Below, piece by piece: positions 13,357 through 27,661 of a DNA stretch of 64,000 nucleotides; position 1 is the stretch's first letter, and each line of letters opens with the position of its first letter. The notes under the pieces were generated by a model that had not been told where the DNA came from, searched no databases, and saw only the letters and a list, made by a program, of their open reading frames with translations. Location: positions 18,476,001 to 18,540,000 of the forward strand of contig NC_135255.1 in NCBI RefSeq assembly GCF_964204865.1. Reading direction: 5' to 3'. The DNA is from Styela clava (taxonomy: Eukaryota). The position numbers and the translations under genes are program-made.

Positions 13357-16300
13357 GAAGGGCAGTAATTTTTGTTCTCTTTCGTTCGCCTATAGTTGTA
13401 GAAAATGTACAATGCTCACCCAATAGAATGTGAACAATAAATTATTGAGAAATAATATGATGAGAGAATTGAAATGTGACGTCATGTTTCTAACTGTGAC
13501 GTAAGTATATTGGGTTTCTCGTTTTGTTGCGAAAAATAATAATCTTGCTTATTTCCTAAATATATCGTTATGTTATATGCCTCATTCATCACCTCCGAAA
13601 ACCATCCATCTTGACAATTTCTCAGAAACGACTGGTATTGTTCAGCGACATACTTTAACAATGAACTAGTACACTGATTTACAACCTATGTTCCGGAAAC
13701 TACGTAAAGGCAAGCTTCCTCGACAAACCTGCTTGGAATGCAAGATAGTTTATTCAAATATTTGTAAGGACTTTTGAATGAGAGATTCAACATTGCGATA
13801 AGTTGCTAAATGAGGTTGAATACGCGTATTCGAATAAGACATCCTTACCTCAGTAAATCCAATACAGTGCTTAACATACGCAAAGAAAAATATATTTTGC
13901 TTACCAAACAGAACTCTGAAAATAAACCTATTTTAACTAACATAAGAAACAGTCCATATTGAGTCAAAAAGTTCAAGGTTAGTTTTAAATATACAACAAA
14001 CCGTATTAAAGGAATTGCAGATACGTTGCATGAGAACTAGTAACTGAAGTCGATATCCTTGCATCGGTTGATGGTTTTGCCCGATACAGATATATATTAT
14101 GAAGCGTGCCAATAACAGTCGATATAATTTCATACATATTCCTTCTATGTTTCAACGTAAGTTGAAAACGAACTGCTTCGAATTCTGGTCGGGGAAATCA
14201 CATTACAAATTATAGATATATCGCAAAACATAACATGAATTATGGCCATATTTTGAGCTATCTAGTCAAGTACAAATATAACAGGCCTGATTAAGATCGA
14301 GAGTACTAAACTTTTAAGGGCACAATATTACATGCGTTAATACGTATACAAAAAATACATATTATAGTATGATTTAACATTACTTCTTTCAACCTAAATA
14401 TATTTCTTTTTAAACTCGCGCGGTAATTTTAAAGGACTTTTATATAAAATTTCTGCATATATATAAGATATATATATCGGGTGTGTAACTGCGTCGACCA
14501 TTTGCGCAGTAAAATCTCATTCTCACGCACACAAAGTGTGGGTCCTCATATTTTCTAACGCCGAGATAGATGTTCGTTCCATGTTCAAGTTACATGTGTA
14601 CTTTGCTCGCATTCTGATAATACTGTTGTAATATTTGACATAGTTTGTAGACTCTGCTCAGTCTTAAAATATCCATGCTCACTAGAACAACTTTTGCCCA
14701 CTGTAACATTTTTTTAGACGAAACACTGCGCGTCACGCAAGTTATCCGATACAACAAAAATTTATACGGCCATTAGTCACGCCACTAAATTTGACACAAT
14801 TCAGCAGGTCAGGAATATGATAATCAGCTAATCCTCTACAAAAGGTTGCCCTTTCCAACGAATAAATAACAGAACCTTACCTATCAATAAAAATATTGAG
14901 AAAATTTTATCTATTTCTCGAAATATTCCGATGCAAAGATACTTTTGTTCTTTTTAAACCACACAGTGTCTAATGACAAACAATTTGATGCACGACAAGC
15001 TGTCCACATGAAAGTATAACTGAATCATTTCCCGTAGTGCGTGTACCAGGTTAGTGATAGGCCATTATTTTATTCCGATTTCTTTTATTTTAATTCCCCA
15101 TTTTAGTTTCGATTTTGAGGACTGTAGTGTTAGCCAAGTGATATACCCTCTGCCCATAGTGTTCCGTCCCCATACACAACTTGATGTAAAGTAGGCGAAC
15201 AAGATTTGTTACGTCCCTATTGGTACACATACTTCTGGAGCGCCCCATATTTAGAGTTTATTTGCAGAAAATGTACAACAGACTACTAATACAACCTCCT
15301 ACACCTACAGTATTTATTTTTGCTTCGTCAGAATTAAAATATCTGCGAGGGTTACCTTACAAGCTAGCTGTTTGTTTATAGTTATACTAACGCCGCCTTC
15401 TTTCATAAAATAGAACACGGCACATTGTATGCACGTCCATATTTATTGTTTGACTATTTATATCTTGTCATACTCTATCCAAACTGGCAATACGAAAAGT
15501 ATGCCGTTTGGCACATTATCGAGTTGTCATAACAATTTTTCTCTTTTTTGAAATAAAAATATGTCGTATGCTACTCCATTACCCTTTCTTCTGTGCCTTT
15601 GAAATGGAAAGAAATGAACATTTGGGGAGAAAACAAACATAATCGAAAATTCCAACCGACTTCTAAATAACAACAAAAAAATTGATGTCAAAAACAGACT
15701 CAAAATATATAACACCAATATCCCGTCTTGAGTTATTTTAGGAATAAATGTGCTGTTTTAGAAGTGGTAATACTGCCAAAGGCAGGTTCTGTTTACGTAG
15801 AATGCCGTAGGAGAAGGGGGTTCTAAGGGTTTTACTATCGGTACAACAGCAAAAGACACTCCAACGTCCAAGTCTCAATATTTTAACAGGATTACAGGGA
15901 CTGCTACATAAATATAGATTAGAGCTATAATCACGAAAGATCACAAAAATAGACAATACCTATTTAAAAAATTCTTTCCTCAATTTGATAAGGAAAAATA
16001 GAAGTTCGTTCGCCTACAATTGTAGGAAATGTGCATTGTTCACCAAATATAATGTGACAATAAATTATAAAGAAATAGGCGCTCCCGTAGTATGTATACC
16101 AAAATGGCGCCCAACATGATAACCCTAACCTGGTAAACATACTATGTTCAGGCTGTGCGCCATCTTGGTACACACACCACTGGAGCACCGAGAAATAAAA
16201 TTACGAGTGAAATGAAATGTGACGTCATGTTTGAAATTGTGACGTAGGTGCATGCGGGTTTCTCGTTTTGTTGCGAAACATAATATTTGTGATGTTTTCC

Positions 16301-17467
16301 CAAATATATATTTAGGTTACATGCTTTATTCATCACCATTGAAAACCATCCATCCTGATCATTTCTCCGAAACGACTGGGCGATTTTCTTTAACAATAAA
16401 CTAGTCCACTGATTCACAACCTACGTTCAGGAAATTAGGTAAATGCAAGATTCCTCAACAAAACTGCTTGGAATGTAAGATATATTATATTCATATATTT
16501 GTATGGGCCTTTGAATGAGAGAATGAGATTTAACAATTCGATAAGTTGCTAATTGAGGTTGAATATGCCTATTCGAATAAGTCATCCCAACCTCAGTAGC
16601 TCCAATACATTGCTCAACATATGCGAAGGAAGGTGCCAAGTTCTCCTAGCTAAAACAATTATACTCAATATCATTCAAAATGTTTTGCCTACCAAGTTTA
16701 CTTCTTTCTTAAAATATTTACACGATTTCTTTCAAAAAAGAAAAAAAAAGATATTTTTCTTACCAAACACAACTCTAAAAATTTAACTAACCTAGAAAAT
16801 AGGGCGCTCCCGTAGTATGTGCATCAAGTTAGGTCTAGGACACAATTTTTTATTCCAATTTTCCTTATTTCAGTTCTACTACGAGTTCGGGGACTAGCCA
16901 AGTGACTCCCGTAGTATTTGTACCTGAAATTATGGTCTAACCCTAACCCGGTACACATACTACGTTCCGGTGTCCGCCATCTTGGTTCACATACTACATG
17001 ACTACCGAGAATAGTCCACATTGAGCCTTCAGTAATTAGTTTAAGTTTAAAATATACAACAAACGTTAAATGAATAGTTAATATGTTGCATGAGAACTAA
17101 TAACTGAAAGAGATCCCTGCCCCGGTACATGCTTTTGTCCGATACAGAAATATATATTATAAAGAATTGCTATATATGTTCACCATTTCAAAAAATAAAA
17201 AAAATGATTGCATAATGGTTATAGAGTCTGTACAGAAGTCCAGACTATAATTCTATTATGTACGCCGATATCTTTGGTTTTGCCCAATACACATATAATT
17301 AGAAAGAATGCCTATACATCTTCACTTATTTCAACAAATAAAAGATAGTGCATATAAGTTTGTAGAGAAGTAAAAATATCTTGAAACAAGGGAATATTTA
17401 CTTCTATTTTTCAACGCAAGTTACCAACTGTTTTATACTGAATTCTGGTCGGGGAAAATCCCGAAAT

Positions 17468-20004
17468 TCACAAATTATAAAGTTCGTTGACAACAACTTC
17501 TTGCTCGGATCTAGCATCAGATGCCTTAATAACGCTGTATACAGGTTCGCATTCATTTCCATGGCTTGTATTCGCGGCTTCCACAGTTGGAGAAGGCATG
17601 TGTTGGGGTGTTTGTAACTGGTTACCAATCTTCATTCGATATCTAAAATGTTCAAAAAGATATCATTTTGATACAGCAACCCTCAATATCAACAAAAATA
17701 GCAAAGAATAAAATGGGTCATATGTATTTTATAAAAGTAAATTAATCATATCACGAAAAAAAATATTTTATTAAATTATTTTCAGCTTCAACACGTGAAC
17801 ACGTGTAAATATATGCTCGCAGCAAATAATCGATCGCATACAAGTGATATGATAAAGTGAGTTGGTCGAATTCTGACAAATCAAAATTGTAAATCTAAAA
17901 ACGAGGTCCCCCCATCCGTTTTTTTATACGTTTCAATATATATATATTGGATATATTACTTCGATACAGCACTTTTCGATTTTCCTCAGTCACACGAAGG
18001 ATAACGCAAGTTTGAAATTCTTTGTTTGCAAATAATTTTGATATAGTTTAAAACGTGAGTTTCAACGAACTTTATCGAGAACAAACTGCATAAAACCTCC
18101 AAAAATGCGTTTCAAGGCGTCACTATAATATTCTTTTATTTCACACTAAGTTTATCATTTTGTAATACGTAGACACCAACCTGACAATCACCACAAAGAG
18201 AACGACCAAAACGATGAACAGTAGAACTCCGAAAATTATTGCAAGTTTGTAGTCCGAAGACACTGCTTGATCTTGATCAGTAATGCCAGATAAAACGGTC
18301 GAGTGTTGAGTAGTCGTTGAAATCGGCTGTTCCGGTATAGATGGTGTAGTTTTTTGTATTGTTTCTTTTGCTGTTGTTTAAAATAAAAGCATGCTTTATC
18401 CTATGATATGAAGACGTGTAATCGAGCGTTCAATTGTTAGGCAGGTGGGGCACAGGAACAAACATAAACTTGTAATTGACATCATTTCAGAATAACGCAT
18501 TCCCATTCAAAAAATCAATAATTAGGTCCTATATAGACTAAGAGTAGTCCTCCCCCATCCATCATGAAACAGTGGCAACTCCTAATAGACGTAACTGAGT
18601 CTAAACACTTATACAGATCTTACTTGTTGGTATTAATGGCTGGTAGATAATTTCCATTTCAAATTGTTGCCGATTGTTCGAAGCTCGTGATTCTGTAAAA
18701 TACTTCACAGTAATCGGTAAAATATTCTTCATTTTGGTCCATATTACGTTGGTGCAATCATTGGCAATGGAAACGTCGACAAAGGTAGAGTTTTCGGGAT
18801 AAAAGGCGAAGCAGTCGTTTTTATGGGATTTGCAAATGTTCCTGCTTCCACGATAATCTGCAAGGTAAATAAAATATATTCGATATCTTGTTTGATGCGA
18901 TAGATGGTAAAAACTTTACCTGAAATGGTTAGATATCCGCGGCATTGATAGTACCCACTATCTCTAAGACCCATCTCCGCCAATTTCAAGAGTAAAACCT
19001 GGTTTTGAAATTTACAATTTTGATTAGTCAGAATCCAACTAATGCTGACTACGTTGTATCCAGTATATCCGATAGATCTGATTGGTTGTGAGCATACACT
19101 TATTTTTTCTGCAAGAAGTCCGCGTGTCAACGCTGAAAATATAATTTAACAAATGAATGCTTTTCCTGAAATCATTGGATCACTTTTAAAAAGCAACTAA
19201 TGCGACTTTTTCATTGTAGCCACACATAATCGTTTTTTTAGATGTTTCCCACTTGCTGGTATAATGCTTGATTAAACCAAATATACCAAATGTTGTACAA
19301 TTCAAGAGTCCTGCTGAACAACAATACATTTTGGTAGTGTGCAGAAAGACTCTGAAATTGATTAGTATGGTCATGTTTATTCCTGTTGCAGCAGCCTTGC
19401 AATATACGCATACAGATCCACTGGCACAAACGCATTCGGGAAAGATTGGGAGTTAGTCTCACGTAATGTCTACTGTTAGTTATGCCAAATGTCGGTTGCT
19501 AATTAGTTTTCAGACGTTTATACTGGGCGGGAATGCATTCTGTCTTTGATATGAACTGTTGGAGTACGTAGGTTGAATGTCGGGTTTGCCATTCAGTGAG
19601 AATCTTGCAAAACACTTTACAAAACACAAAGTAGACCACGACCTCGTAGAACCGATAGTGGCGCGTATTCAAATGCAATGACTCAATTTTTATGCTTCGG
19701 AAATCCAAAAATAAAAAGGAGGTTTCGTCTTGTAGATTAGGATTTGAACCGACCAAAAAAAAAGAGCTCGCGATCTTGAAGTCCACGCTGCACCTCGTAT
19801 CATAAATGTAATCATACCTCCATGCTCTTACAATTCTGAGAATGGCTTACTCAGACACTATTTAACTAGACTATAGCCAATTAAGGATCTAATCATAAAA
19901 CTACGAATTCATTAGTCGATTTTGTCATTTGGCAGAACTAAATCACACGGCAACTTACCTAGAAGAAGAAACGTTTTAAGCATTTGTAATCCGGTTTTCT
20001 TCAT
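17468..20004 (-). CDS. Gene A: type I membrane receptor with signal peptide, divergent CUB domain, S/T stalk, TM and tyrosine-motif tail (~285 aa); apparently intact
   Basis: Exons 20004-19959 (MKKTGLQMLKTFLLL, least certain), 19132-18920, 18857-18624, 18370-18181 (TM LAIIFGVLLFIVLVVLFVVIV) and 17642-17468 (…EPVYSVIKASDARSEQEVVVNELYNL*). All introns are GT-AG with phases 1-1-1-2 and no stops. Confidence 0.85.
17690..17905 (+). pseudogene. Inverted degenerate copy of intron 1/exon 2 of a B-like gene, inside intron 4 of gene A
   Basis: Matches 23395-23620 (atcatatcacgaaaaaaaa…ttaaattattttcagct…aatcaaaattg(t/c)aaatct(a/g)aaaacg). Confidence 0.75.
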
Positions 20005-20744
20005 TTAATTTGAACCCAACTAATATAGCCTACCTTACAAATGCACTTTCATTAAAGGAAACTAACACGTTTCGTGCTTCTCTGACTGAACAGCCCAACA
20101 AATCGAAACAAGCGTGTTCGTCTGCTCTTGCTGTGCTTATTAAATTTTTTCTTCACTTCAATTCACCTCTTCCTTCATTATGTAATTAACAGGAAATATT
20201 TGTAATAGGTATCTTGTCTCAACGAATGCAAATGTTTTATGTAACCTATTGTTATAAAAAGCCTCATTCTGCAGAAAAGCAATTCTAGCGTCTACTATGT
20301 AAAACAGGTAGTCAATTGAAATTTTCCTAATTTAATTGAAAGCTGTGAACTATCAGTTTCTACGATTAACAATGAAAATTCCAATTTTTTCTCATCTCGC
20401 TTCCTTATGTAAATGAAACAGAAATACTTGTAATAGGTCTCTTGTCTTAGCGTATGCAAAAATGAAATTGCCTCTTGTTGCAGAAAACCACCATGTGAAT
20501 TACGGGCGATTCATTACCTCATGGTGAGTCACCTATGTGAAACTGGTATTCTTTTTAAATTTTAATTTCCATACATATTTCAGCCTCGGTTTCAGTTTCC
20601 ACGAGTAATATACAAAATTTTAATTGTTTTGGAGTCGTAATTTTCAATTAAAAATGAAAGTTTTCTAGACGCCAATGTTTATGCCATCGAATAATTTTTG
20701 TCAATTAAGATTCGACGTCGGAATTTTTGATTCACTCAAATGGT

Positions 20745-20880
20745 GGCTCGGGGGTGTGGCCGATCTTGCTAAGACTTGGGGAATACGCTCGCCAGCGCAC
20801 CTCTGATTACTCTGCGTGGGTTCGCAGGTCGAATCATGTGAGGGATGATTATGTGCGGGAGAATTTCAGTGGCTGATAAC
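20745..20880 (+). mobile_element. tRNA-derived SINE-like 5' fragment
   Basis: A-box-like tggccgatcttgctaag and B-box-like ggtcgaatc. Shares gggaatacgctcgcca(g/c)cgcacctctgattac with 35470-35682(-). Confidence 0.55.
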
Positions 20881-22941
20881 TATGTTTTTTTTACACAATA
20901 GAATATTAAATTTAAAATACGAGACGCAAAGCACCCTCGTCGAATGCATGATATTGAAATTTCAAAACATGATAAAGGTACTTACTGATTTGAAATAGAA
21001 ATATTCAAATAAATATAATTCACAGAAAGTAATCAGTGAGATCCATCGGTACTTTATAAATTCTATTTCAGTCAATTCGAAAGCGCATAACATTTTAGTG
21101 GTGAATGTTCTCAATCTTGGTGTTTAGATTGTTCGCTAATAAGTTTTTCGTGTTTCTCAGAACAAGGAAGTGTTTTTTTAATGCCATTGACAATTTTGAC
21201 TGAACTTTAGGGGCTGCATTTATGCGTGCACTCACTCTCATTATACAAAGTAACGCAAAATCAACAGAAGTGATCAACAAATGAAATGCAACCTGAAACA
21301 TTTAACGACTGACACCTTTTAACAGTATTGAGTTACAATGAAATGTCATTTAAACATTTCACGACTGACGCTTTTTAACAGTTACTTTTTATAAGTTGCC
21401 ATGACAAAAAAGATTTTACCTTAATTTTGCGTAACTTTTTTAACACCTGGTTAATTTTAAAACGTATCAAGTTGATCTGCTTCAACAGTTCAATCAGATT
21501 AAAAATATCGAATTACCGATACCGATAATTAAGTAGAACAAGTTTTTCTTTTTTTCTTTAAATTTACATCAACTTATATTGCATGTTAAAAAATTGGCTC
21601 AAACATTTGAACCATACGATCAAATTTGATTGCATCTATTTGCTTTCTATGTTTGTGGACTGAACATATAAAAAACTAAAAATAGCAACAAAATTAAAAA
21701 AAACTTTCCATTGAAAAGTAGTAATCAGTGAATCTCAACAACACAAGCTTAAATATTCTGCTTCTGGCTCCCATGTTCATGGCAAAGTCAAAATTAAGGA
21801 ATATTTGCATATAATAAAATGCCATCAGTTACATTTCGTAACGTAAGTTTAGTTGGATTGTTGTTGGTATCAGAAAATATTGATTTTCTCCCACATATCA
21901 ATATTCAAAGAGAAAGATTAAAACATTTATCAAGCGCAAATATGTCAATTATAGACAAAATTATGAGCAGGACAGAAGAAACCACTGTTTATTACGCCTT
22001 TATCTTGTTAGTGATGTTTTAATGTGTTCTTGACCCAAGAGTAATGGGACAACTAATCAAATATGATGTTTTGAAACCATTACTTATTTAGTGCTCCTTT
22101 ACCATGGGGACTACCTTCTCGTTAGAATTTTAATGTATTTTTGCTGCTATTTCTAAACTCACTTTACAAGAATTAACTAGATGTGATTAGAAAATCGTTG
22201 CCTGGGATTATTTATCAACCTAGTGACGTCATTAACGCTGTAGATAATGTCTATATTTACAGACGGGTGATTCAACCTAAGTCATTCAGTGGTTGATTCG
22301 GATTGAACTGCATACAATAAAATCTGGATAAATATAGTGAGTGCTTTTATCAATATTTTAATATCCAACCGAGAATATGATCGCTATTTTCGTTTTTGTA
22401 ACCTTACTAGTCACATCACATCAGGCATTGTTTGAAGGGTTCTGTTACATCACGTTTAAATCAAATTTGAATCAATACGGTTTTTTTAATACAAAAAATA
22501 TCAAATTCGACTGCCCGAAACTATCTACTTCACATGAATTGGACTTTAAATATTGCTGTTAAAAACGTATATGTGAGGTTTCTAGTATGACATTGATTGT
22601 CTATGTGGCCTAATTAAACAAATCATCACTCGTGTAACAGCGTTACTCTTGGAGAATGACAACCGCCAACGCGAAACTGGTTGCTGCACGGTAACATTTC
22701 GAATGCCAACCATTGGCACCCACCTACATTTCCGTGTGTAAAATCACTCTGTTGCGAAAATTATTCAGCAGTGATACTTACACAACACTTTGCACAATAT
22801 AGTTGTACGTGTCATGCTATGATGCACCAGTTATGAGAAAAGTTGGCAACATAGTGGATGAGGAATCACCCAGATATCTAATCTCTATTTGCAATTTCAA
22901 GAAACATTCCTATTCAAGCAACGCGAGCGGAGAAGCAAACA

Positions 22942-25280
22942 ATGATTCGTTGGACAGCGACAGGATGTTTTGCTTTTCATATATTAGCTCTCGTCAGTAA
23001 GTATTGCGATTTCATGGCATGGAATTTCAACGGAAACGGTTTGCTTAGTAAATCACTTACTACTGCTTTTGCTTGGAATAGGTAAAAAATTAGAAACAAC
23101 TGGTTAGATTAGGTATATGGAGTGAGGATTTATAGTGTATTCAGTAGTATATAAACGTAAATATATAAAACGTTTGGAATGTGTTTCAGAAAGTGTTTGT
23201 GTTCTGATCCATCAAATGACATTCAGCGTGAAGTACTTAACAGTTTGGGGGAATTGTACAAAATTGCAGAGCGCTACATTTATACGCTGTTCTTATAATT
23301 AAGGATTGTTTTATTCCACAAACCACTCTGAATATTGTTACATTATTTGTTCTCCATAAGCAATATCAGTAATATCTAAACAAAATGATATGGAACAACA
23401 AAGAAGGCAATGGGCCATTGTGTATATTGAAAATAATTTTATCATATCACGAAAAAAAAATTGTTGATTAAATTATTTTCAGCTCTGTCACACGGACTTC
23501 TTGCCGAAAACATAAATGTATGCTCACAATCAATCAGATCTATCGGATATAAGGGAAGTAGCAAAGTCAGCTTAAGTTGGACTCTGATTAATCAAAATTG
23601 CAAATCTGAAAACGTGGTTTTACTTTTGAGATTGGCGAAGATGTATCTCAAACCATACTCATATTGTCGCGGATCATTTACCATTTCAGGTGAGGTCTTT
23701 TATCAACAATATAGTATGGACAAAATCTCGAATATATTTTATCTTTCTTTGCAGCCTATCTTGAAAGCAAGAACATTTGTGACTACCCAGAAAACACCTG
23801 CTTCGTTTTTTATCCCGAAAAATCTACTTATATCGATTCCTCTATCGCCGAAAATTGCACCAATGTAAAATTGATCAAAATGGTGAATATTTTCCCGATT
23901 ACTGTGAAGTATAATCCAAATATTGGAATCATTGGCAAAACTTTGGAATTGCAATCATCTATCTTTCTTCCAATTCATCAGGTAAAAAATATAAATGCAC
24001 TGTACTTAGAGTTAAAAGAAGCCTTTTATCTATATATTACCCTAATTAACATTATTACGACCCGCAAGGAAAACTAGCGCGGCCCGCGTTGAAGTGACAA
24101 TTTTGAATGGTGCGCGGCCCGCAAACCGATATTTTAGTTTAGTTTTATCAGGTACATAGTGATTCCAATCCTTTGGGTTGCAATGCATATACCTGAGTCC
24201 AATTATTAGCTATACTTATGACGTCACAATGCTATGACAGCGGGCTTCAGTGAAACGAACAACGCATTTCATAAGATCAATAGCCAGAATTGTTGTGCAT
24301 GCAACTACTAGTAAGCATATGTTGAATGACGGTTCGGCCCGTGATTTCACCCACTTCATTCATGTACATGTTAATTGTAACAACTCTTCTCCATCATATC
24401 TAACTTATTTTCCTTCGTAATGCTACAAAATCTGAAATACTAGAAAGTAAAGTGAATTATGGAGCTTGTACCCCAGCCAATTATTAACTACGCGGTCTTT
24501 TAAAGAGTTGTTATAATACTAATATTGAACATGATTTCATTTGCAGATGACAAGGCCACAACTGCACAGCAGATTTCAACAATCGTACAGTCGGTTTCAA
24601 CAGCTGCACAGCCGGTTCCAACAACAGTAGAGCTGATATCAACAACTACTCAGCAATCCACCGTTCTGTCAAGCATTTCTGAACAAGTTCAAGCAGTATT
24701 CATTGACTGCACACTTGCAATACTTTTTGGGATTCTACTATTCATCGTCTTGATCGTTCTTTTTGTGGTGATTGCCAGGTTGGTGATTACATATTACAAG
24801 ATAATATACTTGGTGTGACATAGAGTAATATATGATGACTGATCAACCGATATCTTCAGAGATATTGGACGTTTGTTCTGATAAATGAAAGTGTAAAAAA
24901 GTTATAGTCTCATACCAAAACATTTTCTTACATCTTCGGTAGGATGGGGTTGTTCGCTAGCTTGAATCGCCAGAAGTTGCAAACAAAAAGTTTCAAACTT
25001 GCGATACTCCTTGCGCAACTGAAAATCTGAATATTGTTGCGAAGTACTATATCAAATATGCATATTGTGAGCTGTTGTCTTTTGATGATCTTTTTGTGCT
25101 TATTTTAGATATCGAAAGAAAATCGGTTACCAGCAACAAACGTCCCAAGGTCCGCAACATCGGCCTTCTTCGAATGTGGATGACGCGAATACAAGCGAAT
25201 CGTTATACAGCGTCATTAACAAGGCATCTAATGCCATATCCGAGCAAGAAGTTGTTATTAGCGAGCTTTATAATTTGTAA
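22942..25280 (+). pseudogene. Gene B: close paralog of A, frameshifted in exon 3 (possible secreted CUB-only product)
   Basis: Exons 22942-22996 (MIRWTATGCFAFHILALV|gtaagt), 23483-23689, 23755-23981 (227 nt, not 3n; shift near 23920-23940), 24547-24778 (7-aa stalk repeats plus TM) and 25109-25280 (…ESLYSVINK…EVVISELYNL*). Confidence 0.8.
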
Positions 25281-26514
25281 TATGGATTTCCCTGACTATT
25301 ATACGGTATATCGGTAAAAAAGAGAGTAACTTGTGTTGAAAAACTGAAGAAAAATAATTAGTTTTTTACGATAAACGAACAAACTTTATAATTTGTGATG
25401 TGATTTTTCCACGAATAGAATTCAGTAAAAAACAATTGGTAACTTGCGTTGAAAAACGAAGAAAAATATTCCGGGCGGTTGAAGATTTTTATTCTCAAAC
25501 TTTTCTATAAACTCTATGGAAACATATGCAATCATTTTTTTTATTTCTCGAGATATGTATACATCTATTGGCACGCTTTATAATATATATCCGTGTCATG
25601 CAAAAACATGAACCGATGCATGTATATCGACTTCGAGTTATTAGTTCATATCTTCTATTCCTTTAATAGCGTTTGTTGTATATTTTAACTTAAACTTTTG
25701 ATGAAGAATCAATTTGGACTATTTCTTAGGTTATTTTAAGTATGCTCAAATATTAAATATTTTAGGGGTCTGTTTAGTGAGCAAAAAAATGTATTTCTTC
25801 TTCAATTTTTTTTTGGATGAAATTGTGTAAATATTTAGTAAAGAAATAAACCTAGTATGAAAAACATCTTGAATGATATTTACTATAATTTTTTTTGGAT
25901 CACTTGACACCTTCTTTTTCATATGTTAAGCATTTTTTTAGAGCTACTGATGCTGGGATGACTTGTATGGGATGACGATGACGAATACGCATATTCAACC
26001 TCATTCAGCAATTTAGTGAAATGTCAAATCACATTTTCTCATTCGAAAGTCCATGAAAATATTTGACCAAACTATCCTGCATTTCAAGCAGTTTCGTCGA
26101 GATGGTTTATTTACATCGTTTCCTACACGTACTTCGAGAATTAGTAAACTAATTCATTGTTCAAGTATATCGTTATATCTGCTAACAAACAACAAACTGT
26201 TCTACGTCGGGTATATATTCGCTCCAAAGCTGTGCGCAATCCCCTTGAACTCATGCCCACTGACTGCATCACACATACTTTGAATTTTAAGATACTGTTT
26301 ATTGCAGCAGTAGCGGATGAAATGGTGCTCTTTATTATACGTGTTTGTTATAACTTATACCACTGTTCCCGTATATATGAATCGCGACCCAAAGCGGAGT
26401 CGCCATTCAGCAACGTGTCGCAATGTCGAATCTCTCATTCAAAAACCCATAAGAATATTTGAATAAACTATCTTGCATTCCAAGCATATTCATCGCAAAA
26501 GCTTGCCTTTACGT

Positions 26515-27661
26515 CAGGCCTGCCCAACCTTTTTCGTCTTGCGGGCCACTTTCAAATGATAAATATCGTTTCTGGCCGCAAACGTTGTCCCAAATTTTAA
26601 TACCAGCCAAGTCCCGATTTTGTTAGAATTCACATACTACATAAAAGGCAAGATTATTACGGTAACATAAAATCAATCGAGTTGATAATTATTTACTGGT
26701 TACTGATTAGTGCTGGTAAACTATTCGAATATCAGCAGTTTACTATTCAAATATCTGGTAACATGGGGCGTGAACAAGACACCCGCAGGTCGCTGAATCA
26801 AAACATCAACCCTTACACAACGCACTTGTGGATTTCTGACGACCACATGAGAATCTGCACACAGTTTTCACTAACAAACAAAGACGTCAAAAGAGAGTCT
26901 TATATTTGAGTCATGGTGTTTTTTATTTATTTATTTTCAGTGGCTAGGTTACTGTTTAAATGAGCGTCGTAATGTGCGCCAATGTCGCGGGAACATCAAA
27001 TTTTAGTGGGCCGTTTCGTAAAATTTGAAACTTCAATAGAAGTATTTAATGAAGAAACATTACAAAGTCTTCTGGACAAATATATATACTTATCTAATAT
27101 GTATAATTGCCATTTAAGTCAATTTTATCAGAATTATTGACGAATACGGATGGACGACAATTCCAAATTTTTATTCAACGCCAACATAAGATAAACAAAA
27201 ATACGAACCAAAAAAAAAAACGAGTCCCGGAGCCAGCAGCAAAGATATTGTTGACTATTTATTTTACATTGGCAATAAAGACGATCAAAGCCTACACAAA
27301 AGAAAGTAATCAAAATGAAAATAATTTGGAAATTTAGGTTCCAAATTCATCCCTATAATTGCGCTTAACGTTCGTCGTCAATGATCGCACAATATCGCAC
27401 AAGCTCGTCGTACAATACGCTTAGTTCTGCTAGAAATAAAAAAAAAACTTACTCCGATGTTCATCAGGGCGCAAGACTTGATACATACATAACAATAAGA
27501 ATCGACATCCGGATGTAGATAGATGGATGGAATAATCACACCAAAATCACGAAATATACTTCCGCCTATATAACATAGTAAACATACAAAAAGTCTGCTT
27601 ACAAAATTCATTGGGCCGGCCGCCAAAAACAGTACGACGGACCGCGTGTTTGGCAACCTTG
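26515..27661. mobile_element. hAT-type non-autonomous element with perfect 8-bp TSD CTTTACGT
   Basis: TSD at 26507-26514 and 27662-27669; imperfect CAGG…/…CTTG termini. The empty site is visible in the paralogous sequence at ~420-480 (reverse complement). Confidence 0.9.

Larger units (their letters stand above)
1..14942. repeat. Tandem array of a 5755-bp unit (1-5755, 5756-11510, partial 11511-13156, gap, partial 13357-14942)
   Basis: Identical ORFs recur at +5755 offsets (663/6418/12173; 2417/8172; 4006/9761). After the gap the sequence restarts at unit position 87 and matches until unit position 1672. Confidence 0.97.

Noticed and set aside
13068-13426. ORFs spanning X residues
   Set aside because: Artefacts of the N gap.
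19200-19800. Coding-looking sequence in gene A intron 1
   Set aside because: No family motif, recognisable domain or consistent splice sites were found.
20745-20880. Functional tRNA gene
   Set aside because: No convincing cloverleaf; related dispersed copies indicate a SINE.
20976-21050. Alternative leader exon for gene A (GTAAGT donor on the minus strand)
   Set aside because: No suitable in-frame ATG and wrong phase; 20004-19959 fits better.
22100-22240. CRE (TGACGTCA) and NF-kB-like sites upstream of B
   Set aside because: Short motifs expected by chance and not evidently shared among paralog promoters.
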